64,000 bases of DNA from Bdellovibrionales bacterium (GTDB lineage Bacteria; Bdellovibrionota; Bdellovibrionia; Bdellovibrionales; JAUICD01). The stretch lies in contig OZ241865.1 of the NCBI GenBank assembly GCA_965203275.1, positions 448,001 through 512,000 on the forward strand, read 5' to 3'. The notes under the pieces are model-generated. The model was not told the DNA's origin. It searched no databases and was given only the letters and a program-made list of their open reading frames with translations. Shown here one piece after another: positions 1 through 11,473 of this stretch (within the stretch, counting starts at the first letter, position 1; each line of letters starts with the position of its first letter). Both the position numbers and the translations under genes were made by a program.

Positions 1-1064
1 GATAAATCAAAATGATTGTTTTTGTTTTGAATTGTCCACTTTGTGACTTTCAAGGCATTTTCTTGCAAGGTCCCTTCTAATTGAAGCCGACCTAGATAAA
101 AGCGATTCAGTTGCAAGCCATGAGCATAAGCCCTGAGCTGTGAATTTAAAGGGACACCTTTGTTTTGCTTTAATTGAGCAGAAGTTTCTAAAATGCCTTT
201 GGTTTGTGTTATAGGCAATTCTGGATCAAAGAGAAGTGCTACTTCATGTAGTTGCTTGAACTGCAAACGGGAACGCCATTGCAACTGATATTGTCTTAGA
301 CAGTTATTGAATGTTTTTTCAATAGAGCAATGCCCTGCAAAAAGATGAAGAAAGTTAGAACTTCTACCTATATGTAAGCTAGATAAAAAGATATTCTCTC
401 TATCAAAATGCACACTGGTTTTAAAAGTCCAATTTGCATTGATCAAGCTAGCTAGCTGTCTTTTTTGGTGATGATAAGTAAAAGAAGGACTGTTGACAAA
501 CACAGACCAATTGTTATTTTTATAATCTACCTTTAAAAAAAGATCTTTCCAGTTTATTTGCTTTTCATAGTGACGAATGTTTAGCTGTGTATCTTCTAAA
601 ATCACAGACGAAATAGGAATATCTAAATATTGAAATATTTTCTCTTTATCTAAACTAGACAATAAAGAGCGACTCTCTTTTTTAACGAGCTTTTTAGAAG
701 ACTTTGGCAAGATTTTAATAGCTAAATCTGCCCCCCGTATACGCACTTCTTTAATCAAAAAATAACCCGAAAATAAAAAAGAAATATCTAAAGTAATATG
801 TAAGCTATCAATTGTAAAGTCTGATAAATATTGACGAATTTCTTTTTGGGGCTTCACTTTTATATTATAGGCATGAAAGCTCATGGTCAGTAAGTTGAAG
901 TCAATATTTTCAGGTATGATATGGATTTTTTGGTCTTGGCTTTGGGCGATGATTTGGTCTATGGCCCAGCTTTTGATCAGAGGTAGGTGGTAGGCATATA
1001 AAAACCCCATGAGTCCAAAAAATATAAGCAATAAACAGAAAAAATAATATTTAGAATGTTTCAT
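1..1064 (-). CDS. N-terminal part of a large membrane-anchored protein, probably AsmA/TamB-like; runs off the window edge
   Basis: Not in the ORF track. Read by eye from ATG at 1064 (overlaps the TGA of the upstream gene): MKHSKYYFFCLLLIFFGLMGFLYAYHLPLIKSWAIDQII...IPENIDFNLLTMSFHAYNIKVKP...; N-terminal TM helix then beta-rich pattern; lies near bamA/skp. Only the first ~120 codons were translated by hand. Confidence 0.6.
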   Translation of the reverse strand, partial: MKHSKYYFFCLLLIFFGLMGFLYAYHLPLIKSWAIDQIIAQSQDQKIHIIPENIDFNLLTMSFHAYNIKVKPQKEIRQYLSDFTIDSLHITLDISFLFSGYFLIKEVRIRGADLAIKILPKSSKKLVKKESRSLLSSLDKEKIFQYLDIPISSVILEDTQLNIRHYEKQINWKDLFLKVDYKNNNWSVFVNSPSFTYHHQKRQLASLINANWTFKTSVHFDRENIFLSSLHIGRSSNFLHLFAGHCSIEKTFNNCLRQYQLQWRSRLQFKQLHEVALLFDPELPITQTKGILETSAQLKQNKGVPLNSQLRAYAHGLQLNRFYLGRLQLEGTLQENALKVTKWTIQNKNNHFDL

Positions 1065-2260
1065 GCCACTTCTTTCCATTGGGATAATGTTAAATCGGCA
1101 GATTTAAAATCAGGTTGTTGTTTGACAATTTCAGACATCAGTTCAATAGCTTCATTATTTTTATTAAGTCCCCATAAGGCCTTTGCTTTAAAGTACATAA
1201 GTGATAAAAGCACATCAGGGTTTTCATCCATATATTTTTCAGAAAGATTATCTATGTGTTCTAAGAGTTCTAAATAACATTTATGGGCAGAGTAAACCTC
1301 TAACTTTAAAAAATCAATAGACTTAAGAGATGTCATAGACAGATCATGACATCGAGATTCATATTGATTTAAGACATTGAGGGCTTCTTGATAAGCTCCC
1401 ATCACAAAAAGACTGACAGCTAAGTCGTATGCTAGATGAGGGATCTGTTGGGCTTGTTTCAAAATAGATGGGATAATTTCTTTTTGGGCTTTACTGAGGG
1501 TCTCTTGAAATTCACTTTCTACTTGCTGAAAAATACGATTGATTAAAAATTCTTCTTGAGATTTAACAGATGGCACAAAATGACTTTCAGAAGGTGTGTC
1601 TTTATATTCTGCTTCTTCTAGGATGGCCTGAGATGTGGTGATCTGATCAGAGGCTTCTTGTGATTGTGATGTATCTAAACTGTGTGTGTGTTTTATATAG
1701 GTTTGCTTTTTCTCTGTTTTTCTCTCTGTTTTTTTGGGGGGCTTTTTCTCTGTTTTTGATACACCTCGCCACTTTTCGATAAGATGTTTTTGAATTTTTT
1801 TAAGATGGCCCCTCCAATTATTTTCAATACTTTCATTTAAGAGGTCTTCGTCATGGCTCATAAAAGCTAGCAGTTCATTTTGACAGGATTCTTCTAGGCC
1901 TTGAAAGAGTAAATCGACAGATTCTTGATCAATATAAGTGTCAAATTTTTTAAGGATATAGGCGACATCTTGCAATGGAACTTCTTGACGTTTCAAGACT
2001 CTTTGGGCTATTTGATTACATAAACTAGCATAAAACCCGCATTGGATAAGGAATTGACATACTGTATGAGACTGAAGGTCATTGTAAGTATTAGAGGACC
2101 ATTCTCGAATAAGTGTATCGGCAATAAACATTTCATCTGTTCCTGTAAGCAACATATCTTGAATCTTAAATTCCAGAATATGGGAAGGCTTTTGAGAGTG
2201 TACCTCAGGATGTTGTGCTTTTTGATGTGATACCTTTTGAGAGTGTAATTGGTCTTTCAT
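1061..2260 (-). CDS. Hypothetical protein with C-terminal TPR-like repeats
   Basis: 399-aa ORF; AYDLAVSLFVMGAYQEAL and YFKAKALWGLNKNNEAIELM..IVKQQPDFKSA are TPR-like helices. Confidence 0.7.
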   Translation of the reverse strand: MKDQLHSQKVSHQKAQHPEVHSQKPSHILEFKIQDMLLTGTDEMFIADTLIREWSSNTYNDLQSHTVCQFLIQCGFYASLCNQIAQRVLKRQEVPLQDVAYILKKFDTYIDQESVDLLFQGLEESCQNELLAFMSHDEDLLNESIENNWRGHLKKIQKHLIEKWRGVSKTEKKPPKKTERKTEKKQTYIKHTHSLDTSQSQEASDQITTSQAILEEAEYKDTPSESHFVPSVKSQEEFLINRIFQQVESEFQETLSKAQKEIIPSILKQAQQIPHLAYDLAVSLFVMGAYQEALNVLNQYESRCHDLSMTSLKSIDFLKLEVYSAHKCYLELLEHIDNLSEKYMDENPDVLLSLMYFKAKALWGLNKNNEAIELMSEIVKQQPDFKSADLTLSQWKEVA

Positions 2261-2418
2261 TATATTTCCTTATATTTTAAATAATAAATAGCCTTTAAGG
2301 CTATTTTAAACTTCTTTTACAAATTTAGCAAAAACTTTGTGAGAAAATAAGGCTTAAGCAAGATGCAGAAAATACAAAAAAAATTAAATCAAAATAAAAA
2401 AATAACCGAAGTATAGAT

Positions 2419-3345
2419 ATGAAAATCTTAAAATTAACTTTTGTAAGATGGCCCTTGCCGGTCATATATATCACTCTTTCATTGCTTCTGCACACACTGG
2501 CAGTGAGCTTTTTAGCCTTATATCAAAGGGAAGCTCTGCCTGAACCTGATGAGCAAATGTCTTCTCTGATACAAATGACTTTTATAAAAAAAGCAGACGT
2601 TTCAGAACAGCTCAAAGTTCAAAAAACTCCTCAGCAAATAGTAGAGCAGAGGAGAGATTTAAGCTATGTTCAAGACAAAGCTCCTAATAAAGCTAAATTT
2701 CTCAGTCAATATCATCAGAAAGTCTTAAAACAAACAGCATCTAGGGCTGGTCAAGCAAGTCAAAAAATGCCTATATCTCAACAGAAGGCATCTTCGCCTG
2801 GATCTTCGTCAAAACCCTATCCGTCTGTTTCGGATTTGATGCCAAAGACTCGCTGGGAGCATTATATGCAAAAGACAGAAAGCCAAAAACAATTTACAAA
2901 GAGAGAAACAAAACAAAACAGGCAGATCAGTAGTCTAGGGTTTAATATTCAAGCTGGAGACAGCAGTGATTACTTAGAAGATATAGAAGATGGTGAGCAG
3001 ACACTTTTAAACACTCAAGCTTTTAAATTTTATACATATTACGCTCGCATTAAAGAGCAGGTGCAACCTTCATGGGAATCTATGATCGAGGAAAAGGTCA
3101 GAAATATTTTATTAAAAGGTGAGATTTTTTTAGCATCTCAACAAAAAACTAGTTTATTAATCACTTTAGATCGTTTTGGTGTTTTAGTGGGTATTCAGGT
3201 TTTAAAAAAATCTCAAATCACAGACTTTGATCATATTGCAGTTGAGAGTTTTCAAATGACAGCACCTTTCCCTCACCCTCCTAAGGGTTTAATGGATGAG
3301 AATGGCATCTTAAAAATCCGATGGGATTTTATTATAGGGGTTTAG
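2419..3345 (+). CDS. TonB/TolA C-terminal domain protein (energy transducer-like)
   Basis: N-terminal SLLLH TM motif; C-terminal YYARIKEQVQPSW...ITLDRFG...SQITDFDHIAVESF..TAPFPHPP. Confidence 0.75.
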   Translation: MKILKLTFVRWPLPVIYITLSLLLHTLAVSFLALYQREALPEPDEQMSSLIQMTFIKKADVSEQLKVQKTPQQIVEQRRDLSYVQDKAPNKAKFLSQYHQKVLKQTASRAGQASQKMPISQQKASSPGSSSKPYPSVSDLMPKTRWEHYMQKTESQKQFTKRETKQNRQISSLGFNIQAGDSSDYLEDIEDGEQTLLNTQAFKFYTYYARIKEQVQPSWESMIEEKVRNILLKGEIFLASQQKTSLLITLDRFGVLVGIQVLKKSQITDFDHIAVESFQMTAPFPHPPKGLMDENGILKIRWDFIIGV

Positions 3346-3917
3346 TTTTTCTTTTTACTTGATTTCATACCATCAAACTCTTTAATAACTTGATCTGTAA
3401 GATCAAACTTTGGTTTAGACCAAAGGATTGTGATATCTGCTTTTTGTAAGATCATATCATACTTTTCTCTTTTAGCGATGCGGTCAATCACTGTGTGTAG
3501 CTTTTTTAAGATGGGTTCTGTTAGTTCCCTTTCTCTTGTTTGCATCTCAAGACGGCTTTCTGCAAGTAATTTTTGAAACTTCAGTTGTTCTTCTTGTAAT
3601 ACCATTTCTTTTTGTGAACGCACTTCATCAGAGATCACCATAGCTTGTTTTTTCAAATTTTGAACCATTGTCTTAAGATCACCTTCTTTGGCTTCTAGTT
3701 CTTTTTGTTTTTTTTGGAATTCTTTTTCCAGTTGTTTTTCAGCAGATTGGCCTTCTCGAGTTGTTCGGATGGCTACACTCATATCCACATAACCTAATTT
3801 GATGCCCAAAGTTTCTGTAGCGTCCTCTTTTTTGTTTGCCTGATCAGCTACAAGTACTTCTGCAAACAAAAAAACGCTCAATAAACCTGTTAAAATAATA
3901 ATTTTTGTTAGTTTCAT
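3342..3917 (-). CDS. skp: OmpH/Skp periplasmic chaperone
   Basis: Signal peptide, KLGYVDM motif, coiled coil, C-terminal DLTDQVIK; directly downstream of bamA. Confidence 0.9.
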   Translation of the reverse strand: MKLTKIIILTGLLSVFLFAEVLVADQANKKEDATETLGIKLGYVDMSVAIRTTREGQSAEKQLEKEFQKKQKELEAKEGDLKTMVQNLKKQAMVISDEVRSQKEMVLQEEQLKFQKLLAESRLEMQTRERELTEPILKKLHTVIDRIAKREKYDMILQKADITILWSKPKFDLTDQVIKEFDGMKSSKKKN

Positions 3918-3960
3918 CGTTCAACTCCTTTATATTATTTCATTATATTATTTTAAAATT

Positions 3961-6390
3961 TTAAAAAGGTGCTGGCTTGCCCATATCAAACTGCAAGACA
4001 AAACCACTCTCACCTCTTTTCTTAGCGATAGGTATTCCGAATTCTATCCTTATAGGGGATATAGGGGTATTTAAACGGAATCCAAAGCCTACATTACTTC
4101 TAAAATTTTGTAAGTAAAACACATCATCTGCAAAACCTGCATCAAAGAATAAAACACCTTGTAAGTTCATGCGGGATACCAGAGGAAATTGTAGCTCTAA
4201 GTTATAATAAAATTGTTGTGTCCCACCAACAACTTTTTCAGCTTTTCGTCTTTCAGAATATTCTGCTTTACCTACAGTAAACCAATCATAGCCTCTCAAT
4301 GTATCAGCACCCCCTAACCTTAAAAGTTGGTTAAAAGGAATGTGCCTTCCATGAGGAGCTTTAAGAAAAGCATAAGTCAAATTATTGCGAATCACAAGAG
4401 TTTTAAAAATTTCTTTGAAAAAACGTGCATTAAAAGACCCTTCTATGTATTTTTTACTCCCTCCAATCCCTGCATAGTCCAGAGAGGATGAAAAAAATAC
4501 ACCATTTCGAGGATAGAGGCGATCATCCCTTCGATCATACTCTAAAGAAATACCGATAACACTACGAGAGCCGTTAGCTGTATCAGGGTGATCATAAAAA
4601 GTCTTAAATGTAGGTACAGTATCATCAAAATTGTCATCTGGTGTCAGAGTGGTATGATAATATTTGTAATTGATAAATCCTCTTAGATAGTCAGCTAGAG
4701 GATAACCTAGTCGTAGGCCACCTCCTGTACGATTTTCTCTATAATTATCCTCCAACATATAAAACTCTGTATGATAAACGTCTATTCCTACAGACCATAG
4801 TGTATCTACAAAATATGGCTCTGTGAATTGAAAGAAATAATCTAAGCCCAAAGGGCGTTGGAATGCATTATAATTTGCAGAATTTAGAGTTGCACCTAAT
4901 GCTAGACTCTGTCCTCTTCCGAACAAATTATAACTTTGAAGTCTGACAGTCCCCATAAAACCATTACGTCCATTGTAACCTACTTGTAGCTGGATACTAT
5001 CTGTGCTACGTTCTTTGACTTGGATCTCTATATCCATAGTGGTGGGGTCATCAGGGTTGATTTTTTGTTGAAGAATGACATCTTCAAAGTATCCAAGTCT
5101 TCTCACATTGGCAAGGGATCGTCTTTTGTCTGTTTCGTTATAAAGCTCACCTTCTTTGATTCTTAGCTCTCTTCTGATGACCTTATCTCTTGTTTTTTCA
5201 TTACCTACAATGGTAATATTTTTGATGAAAACTTTTTCACCTTTATCTATTTCAAAGGTGAGATTGACTGTGCTGTTTTCTTCATCCACTCGAGTTTGTG
5301 GTACAACGTTAGTGTAAGCATAACCTAGGTCCCCGTACATAGCTTGCAGTCGACTTAAGTCTCCTTGTAATACATTGTAGGCAAAAAACTCACTATCTTT
5401 GATAGAGACCTCTTTTAAAAGCTCCTCTGAGGAAAAAAGCTCATCTCCTACAACATCTACGTTGCCTATTTTATATTTCTTCCCTTCTTCTATAGAAATA
5501 CGGATGGCAATGTTTTTTCTATCTGGGGAAATATAGACCCTAGGCATATCAATTTCTACATTGATATAGCCTTCGTTGTAGTAAAGGATTTTCAAAACTT
5601 GGACATCTCTTTCAAAGAATTCTTTGCGGTATTGGCCTGAACCAGACAGAAAGCTAAAAAAGCCCTTTTTTTTAGTTAGCATAACTGACCTGAGTAGATC
5701 GTCAGAGATATTTTCATTACCTAAAATAGTGATATCTCTGACTTTGACTCTGTCATTTTCTTCAATTTGAAAGGTCAAATCCGCTGCATTGTTTTGAAGG
5801 TATTGCAGATCATAATCCACAGAGGCTAGAAAAAAGCCCTTTTCTTCATAGAGTTTTTGCATTTTATCAGCAGCTAAGCGAATAGAAGAAATATTTAAAA
5901 ATTGATAGGGCTTAATATCTAAAGCTGCTTGCAGGTCTTCATCAGATAGAGAGTCATTGCCTTCAAAATTAATTTTTGTGATGGAGGGTTTTTCTGTGAT
6001 GGTGTAAGTGAGGGTTTGATCTGTATGATCAACTTTAATATTGTAGAAATAGCCCATTTGATAGAGTCTTTGGACATCTTCACGTACAGTTTGATGGAGC
6101 TGAGCTGTTGTGTAGTTAAAGCTTTTTTTAACTTTAATTTGAGTGAGGATAGCATCTGTTTCAATCCGGCTATTCCCTTTAACGTTGATCTGTTGGATGG
6201 TGTTACTGGCAGGCTGTCTTAATCCTTGATCTTCTTGTGTTTGTGCCTCTTGAGGCTTTGTCTCTTGGGGGTTTGCCTCTTGAGATTGTCCATAAGATAG
6301 GTCGGGCTTTAAAAAAGGTCCCAGCAAGCATCCTAGTAAGCAAGACAATAGGAATAATCTTTTTAAGATTAATTGGGGGAATATTTTCAT
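3961..6390 (-). CDS. bamA: Outer membrane protein assembly factor BamA
   Basis: Five POTRA-like repeats (GNEKTRDKVIRREL), LRGY motif, C-terminal beta-barrel ending in F. Confidence 0.96.
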   Translation of the reverse strand: MKIFPQLILKRLFLLSCLLGCLLGPFLKPDLSYGQSQEANPQETKPQEAQTQEDQGLRQPASNTIQQINVKGNSRIETDAILTQIKVKKSFNYTTAQLHQTVREDVQRLYQMGYFYNIKVDHTDQTLTYTITEKPSITKINFEGNDSLSDEDLQAALDIKPYQFLNISSIRLAADKMQKLYEEKGFFLASVDYDLQYLQNNAADLTFQIEENDRVKVRDITILGNENISDDLLRSVMLTKKKGFFSFLSGSGQYRKEFFERDVQVLKILYYNEGYINVEIDMPRVYISPDRKNIAIRISIEEGKKYKIGNVDVVGDELFSSEELLKEVSIKDSEFFAYNVLQGDLSRLQAMYGDLGYAYTNVVPQTRVDEENSTVNLTFEIDKGEKVFIKNITIVGNEKTRDKVIRRELRIKEGELYNETDKRRSLANVRRLGYFEDVILQQKINPDDPTTMDIEIQVKERSTDSIQLQVGYNGRNGFMGTVRLQSYNLFGRGQSLALGATLNSANYNAFQRPLGLDYFFQFTEPYFVDTLWSVGIDVYHTEFYMLEDNYRENRTGGGLRLGYPLADYLRGFINYKYYHTTLTPDDNFDDTVPTFKTFYDHPDTANGSRSVIGISLEYDRRDDRLYPRNGVFFSSSLDYAGIGGSKKYIEGSFNARFFKEIFKTLVIRNNLTYAFLKAPHGRHIPFNQLLRLGGADTLRGYDWFTVGKAEYSERRKAEKVVGGTQQFYYNLELQFPLVSRMNLQGVLFFDAGFADDVFYLQNFRSNVGFGFRLNTPISPIRIEFGIPIAKKRGESGFVLQFDMGKPAPF

Positions 6391-6480
6391 CTTGTTTAGA
6401 CTCCGGTGATCTTGTTTATTTTATACGCATCGCAGAAATTTACAATATCTTCCTTAAGAAGTCAAGTATTCGTTTTATTT

Positions 6481-7078
6481 TTTCACTCATTTTTTCCCTA
6501 AAATTGAACTAGCCTCTGGCTACTTTTAGTAGGAAGAATCCTCTCGTCTCTTTACACGATGTTAAGGAAACAAGACATTCGCTTCATTCTTGCCTGTCTG
6601 CCGGGTTGCCGGATTGCCGGATCCCGGATAAACACGATGTTAAGGAAACAAGATTTCCTTTTTTTGTTTTTTTTATTTTTTTAGATTCTGCGTAACTTTC
6701 AAACAAGAAGTAATTTAGAGGGAGGATGGGGCAGTGTGGGCCTGGAGATCTTCCGCAAATTGAGCTTGCTCTTTAAAAGCAAGCTCAATTGAGGACTTCG
6801 GAAGGCTCACACTGCCCCATCCTCAAGTAAAAACAAAATAGAAAAGCAGAATCGAAGGGCGGTGGGTGGGGTTAGGGAGTTAGCTGTTTCACTTGAAATG
6901 AGCCACACCTCTGCTTCACTAAAAGTAAACTAGCCTCTGGCTACTTTTAGTAGGAAGAATCCTCTCGTCTCTTTACACGATGTTAAGGAAACAAGACATT
7001 CGCTTCATTCTTGCCTGTCTGCCGGGTTGCCGGATTGCCGGATCCCGGATAAACACGATGTTAAGGAAAAAGTTCCTT
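6481..7078. repeat. Modular repeat array: element end fragments, hairpin module A, heptamer tracts and long hairpin module D between 142-bp direct repeats
   Basis: 6507-6648 is identical to 6928-7069; hairpin 6722-6824; ATGTTAAGGAAA motifs shared with other arrays. Confidence 0.9.
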
Positions 7079-7406
7079 TATCGCAATCCGCTTGCTCTTA
7101 AGGTAATAAAAGAAATTTTCTAAAATTCTGCCACAAAAACAAAAACCTAGTGGCACAAAATCTCTTTCGACTCATAACCCACTGATTTTACTCAACTTTA
7201 TTTTTTCAACTGTCAAACTCAGCCAGAAGGCATAATATGACTTGTCTCATTTAAACCATCACATCCAAGTCAGAAAAATCAATAAGGCATAAAATCTTTA
7301 TACAACAAGATACAGTGATCAATTGAAAAATTTAAATTATAATGATAGAAAAAATATCTTATAGGGAGAAGCTTGATATTTGATTTTGTTTCTTGATGAG
7401 GTAAAA

Positions 7407-9461
7407 ATGGCAAAAAAAACAACATGGCAAAATACAAACCGCACAAAGGCTACCTTTCAGCTTGTCTCAGATTTTGCTCCAGCAGGAGATCAAGTGAAAG
7501 CTATAAGCTCTCTAGTGGATAATTTTCAAAAGCTAGATCATCAAACTTTGTTAGGGGTGACAGGTTCAGGTAAGACTTTCACTATGGCTAATGTGATTCA
7601 GAAACTCAATTTGCCTACATTGATTCTTGCTCACAATAAAACCTTAGCTGCCCAGCTGTTCTCTGAATTTAAGTTACTTTTCCCACACAATGCTGTAGAA
7701 TATTTTGTCAGCTATTATGACTATTATCAACCTGAAGCCTACCTACCTGCTAGTGATACTTTTATAGAAAAAGATTCTTCTATCAATGATCAAATTGATA
7801 GAATGAGGCATGCTGCTACACACTCTTTGTTTGAACGTAGTGATGTTTTGATTGTCAGCAGTGTATCTTGTATTTATGGTCTTGGTAGTCCAGAAGCATA
7901 TCAAAAAATGATGTTATCTGTTAAAGTCAACCATCAAATAAACAGAGATGTTTTTTTAAAAGAACTTGTACGTATTTTATATGACAGAAATGACATTGAC
8001 TTTCATAGAGGGACTTTTCGCGTCAAGGGGGATGTGGTAGATATTCATCCTCCATACGAAGAAAATCGAGCTATTCGCATAGAGTTTTTTGGCAATTATA
8101 TTGATCGTATTTCTTGGATTGACCCCATAAGAGGAACTCGTTTATCACAGCAAGATTCTATCAGCATTTATCCAGGAAGTCATCATGTCACAACAGAACA
8201 GCAAATTAAAAAGGCTATTACTTCTATACAAGAGGAGTTGAGAGGGCGGTTACAGCATTTGCAACAAAATATGATGGTATTAGAAGCTCAAAGATTAGAA
8301 CAAAGAACTTATTATGATATTGAAATGATTGAAGAAATGGGGTTTTGTCACGGCATTGAAAATTATTCCAGACATTTTACAGGAAGGAAGCCTGGCCAGC
8401 CTCCTCCTACTCTACTTGAATATTTTCCAAAAGAATTTTTATGTATTATAGATGAAAGCCATATCACTATTCCACAAGTAAGAGCTATGTCACATGGAGA
8501 TAAGGCACGTAAAACAGTACTTGTAGAGCATGGCTTTCGGTTACCTTCTGCCTTAGATAATCGTCCTTTAAACTTTGATGAGTTTAATGAGTTTTTAAGT
8601 AAAACCATTTATGTATCTGCAACACCCGCAGAGTATGAATTAGAAAAATCACTAGGCTGTATTGTAGAGCAGATTATTCGCCCTACAGGACTTTTAGATC
8701 CTCTTGTAGATATAAGGCCTGCAACCCATCAAGTCGATAATCTTTTACCAGAAATTAAAAAAGTCATTTTGAAAAAAGAACGAATCTTGATCACAACATT
8801 GACAAAAAAAAGTGCAGAAGATTTAAGTCAGTATTATGAGAAGATCGGTTTAAAAGTAAAATACCTGCACAGCGATATCAAAACCCTAGAGAGGACAGAG
8901 ATTTTAAGAGATTTTAGATTAGGTGTTTTTGATGTTTTGATTGGCATTAATCTTTTAAGAGAAGGATTAGACTTGCCAGAAGTTAGTTTAGTAGCTGTGT
9001 TGGATGCAGATAAAGAGGGGTTTTTACGATCAGCTCAATCCTTGATACAAACAATGGGACGAGCTGCTCGAAATGTAAATGGGCATGTTATTCTTTATGC
9101 TGATGTGAAAACTCGTTCTATTGAAAAAGCTATGGAAGAAACAAAACGTCGTCGTCAAATACAAGAAGCTTATAATAAGAAACATCAGATCACTCCTCAG
9201 ACAATACAAAAGAATGTAGCTGCTAGTTTAAAAGAAGAAACTCATAGCAGTATGGATTCTCCTTTAATAGATACAAGTGCTATTGACTTGCCAGCTAAGC
9301 TTTATGAGCAGTATAAAGGGCGAACTGCTCAAATTGCAAAAGACATTAAAATACTCAAAAAGCAAATGCAAGAAGCTTCTCAAAATTTGGCATTTGAGGA
9401 AGCAGCCCGGTTAAGAGATGAAATTAAACGATTAGAAATTTTAGACTTGGAAATGCGATAA
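7407..9461 (+). CDS. uvrB: Excinuclease ABC subunit B
   Basis: GVTGSGKT Walker [20 protein letters not shown]-terminal UVR coil [14 protein letters not shown] at 7407 preceded by GAGG. Confidence 0.98.
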   Translation: MAKKTTWQNTNRTKATFQLVSDFAPAGDQVKAISSLVDNFQKLDHQTLLGVTGSGKTFTMANVIQKLNLPTLILAHNKTLAAQLFSEFKLLFPHNAVEYFVSYYDYYQPEAYLPASDTFIEKDSSINDQIDRMRHAATHSLFERSDVLIVSSVSCIYGLGSPEAYQKMMLSVKVNHQINRDVFLKELVRILYDRNDIDFHRGTFRVKGDVVDIHPPYEENRAIRIEFFGNYIDRISWIDPIRGTRLSQQDSISIYPGSHHVTTEQQIKKAITSIQEELRGRLQHLQQNMMVLEAQRLEQRTYYDIEMIEEMGFCHGIENYSRHFTGRKPGQPPPTLLEYFPKEFLCIIDESHITIPQVRAMSHGDKARKTVLVEHGFRLPSALDNRPLNFDEFNEFLSKTIYVSATPAEYELEKSLGCIVEQIIRPTGLLDPLVDIRPATHQVDNLLPEIKKVILKKERILITTLTKKSAEDLSQYYEKIGLKVKYLHSDIKTLERTEILRDFRLGVFDVLIGINLLREGLDLPEVSLVAVLDADKEGFLRSAQSLIQTMGRAARNVNGHVILYADVKTRSIEKAMEETKRRRQIQEAYNKKHQITPQTIQKNVAASLKEETHSSMDSPLIDTSAIDLPAKLYEQYKGRTAQIAKDIKILKKQMQEASQNLAFEEAARLRDEIKRLEILDLEMR

Positions 9462-9481
9462 AACATATTAAAATAAGTTAT

Positions 9482-10228
9482 TTAATTATGCTTAGATATG
9501 TAATGAATGCCTTTTTTGTTTTCTTTACTTAATAATTGGCAACCTTCTGGTCGATTATTTTGATGATCTTTTAAGCACTGCACATAGCTTCTTTCTTCTA
9601 CCACTTGACAATCAGGACTCTCTATATTTGCATCATCAGGGTTCATTTCGATACAACGTACAGAACAGCAAGTTTTATTTTCATAAATTTCTTCTTCTGG
9701 GACTATTTCTTCAATAGCAGAAGTAGCTAGAGGATGATGACATAACTCTCCTATCCCTAAAACAACACCAGAACGTTTGAGATTTTCTTTGAGCCTTTCT
9801 TGACAAGAAGGGAGACATTGACCATTAACTTCTTTGTAATGAGGTAGTCTTTGGTTTTTGTTGCAAAAACTTTGTTTTAAGCTTTCTTTTGTGTTGGATG
9901 TTTGTGGCAAAACTTTAGCCACAAAAACACCTGATGGATGAGAAGAAAAACTAGATGAACTGGCTGGAGTGGGAGTAGGGGTAGGGGTAGGAGTAGGAGT
10001 GGGAGTGGGAGTAGGAGTTGGAGTGGGAGTGGGAGTAGGTGTAGGAGTAGGAGTGGGAGTAGGTGTAGGGGTGGGTGTAGGAGTAGGAGGGGGGGGAGTA
10101 GGGGTAGGATTTGGTCGAGAATTTGGAATTCTAATTGTATCTTTAGCTTCCCAGCTACAAGTTGCTATGAATGGTAAATAAAATACCACAATTAAAGATA
10201 ATGCCAATGTTTTATATAGATACTTCAT
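9482..10228 (-). CDS. Secreted or lipoprotein-like protein with a long Pro-Thr linker and Cys-rich C-terminal domain
   Basis: [24 protein letters not shown] signal-like N-terminus, about 20 PT repeats (9966-10110), many Cys after the linker; GAGG upstream of ATG 10228. Confidence 0.8.
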   Translation of the reverse strand: MKYLYKTLALSLIVVFYLPFIATCSWEAKDTIRIPNSRPNPTPTPPPPTPTPTPTPTPTPTPTPTPTPTPTPTPTPTPTPTPTPTPTPASSSSFSSHPSGVFVAKVLPQTSNTKESLKQSFCNKNQRLPHYKEVNGQCLPSCQERLKENLKRSGVVLGIGELCHHPLATSAIEEIVPEEEIYENKTCCSVRCIEMNPDDANIESPDCQVVEERSYVQCLKDHQNNRPEGCQLLSKENKKGIHYISKHN

Positions 10229-10242
10229 ATTCACCTCATTTG

Positions 10243-10620
10243 GTTTTCACTCAAAGTGGTCTATTTCACTCAAAGTGAACTGACCTCTGGTCACTTTCTG
10301 GCGATGACCACGACGGCTCTCGCCGTCGATAAAATGGTCATCGCCTAGAAAGCCTGTTCACTTTGAGTAGGGAGGATCCTTTTCTTTTTTAACACGATGT
10401 TAAGGAAAAAGTTCCTTCTTACACCTGATTGCCAGATCCCGGATCCCATATCCCAGATCCCGGGCTTAACATGGTGTAAAGGAATAAAAGGATCCTTCTC
10501 TACTCAAAATGAGCGGATTTTTTAGGTGTTGCCTATTTTGTCAAAGGTGTAAGCCTTTGCAGGCAACACCAAAAAACACACCAGCGGTGTGGCTCATTTT
10601 GAGTGAAATGTTAAGAAAAC
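10243..10620. repeat. Modular repeat array: one reverse (10264-10368) and one forward (10502-10608) three-way-junction element, module A and heptamers
   Basis: Nested inverted repeats read directly; same architecture as other arrays. Confidence 0.9.
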
Positions 10621-10701
10621 ACCCTTATTATTATATAATATAGCCTAACTTGAAAAACCTGTATGTTTTTAAAGAAAAGCCTTACTTTGGACCTATTATT
10701 G

Positions 10702-11014
10702 TCTAACTTCGTTAATCTTCATCTACCCGTACGTACCTCTTTCAGAGATACGTGAATTGTCCCCCTCAAAGTTTCCCTTCCTTGAATCTTCTATCTCTAA
10801 TTGCATAAACCCACCAGGTTAAGCCTATTTCAGAGAAATGGAAGGTCAACTTTGAGGTGATCGGTCAGAAGTTTATTGCATAACATCCTAAATATATGCT
10901 TTTTGTTGTATATATTATTCTCAATCCTTATTTTGGGCCTTCTATCATCTAACTTCGTTAATCTTCATCTACCCGTACGTACCTCTTTCAGAGATACGTG
11001 AATTGTCCCCCTCA
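10702..11014. repeat. 67-bp perfect direct repeat (10702-10768 and 10948-11014)
   Basis: TCTAACTTCG...GTCCCCCTCA twice, 246 bp apart, with imperfect similarity extending ~20 bp leftwards. Confidence 0.9.
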
Positions 11015-11015
11015 T

Positions 11016-11372
11016 TGTTTCACTCAAAATGAGCCACACCGCTGGTGTGTTTTTGGGCATTGCTCTTTTTAGACAGCGTATAGCTGTCAGAGCAAACGTC
11101 AGAAGGAAATCTTTTTCCTTAACATTGTGTTAAGAAATGAGGACATCCTCCTTCCTAAAATTGAACAGGCTTTTGAGACAGTTAGCCTTTGATCGACGGC
11201 GAGAGCCGTCGGGCTAACTGTCCAAAAGTAGCCAGAGGCTAGTTCAATTTTAGGGAAACAGAGGTTGGTTTACTTTTAGTGAACGAAAGCCTTCGGCTGG
11301 CAACCAGAAAGTGACCAGAGGTCAGACCACTTTTAGTGAACCAACGGCATGATGCATTTTGAGTGAAAAAAA
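11016..11372. repeat. Modular repeat array: full element 11154-11258 followed by three truncated copies sharing the same end
   Basis: Chain of fragments each ending TTTT(A/GA)GTGAA. Confidence 0.9.
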
Positions 11373-11473
11373 ACAGGCCCATTTTCAGTTTTTTTATTTT
11401 ATAATAAGGTGTATACTTAAATAATAAGGTGTATAATTAAATCATATATGGACAAAAAAAGAGGAGAGTTAGT

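Noticed and set aside
9969..10181. (GV)n ORF on the plus strand
   Set aside because: Antisense shadow of the Pro-Thr linker
10264..10608. Hammerhead or other known self-cleaving ribozyme for the three-way element
   Set aside because: The terminal GAAA lies outside the junction and there is no CUGANGA core; I could not see twister, pistol or HDV motifs by eye (an Rfam search is still needed)
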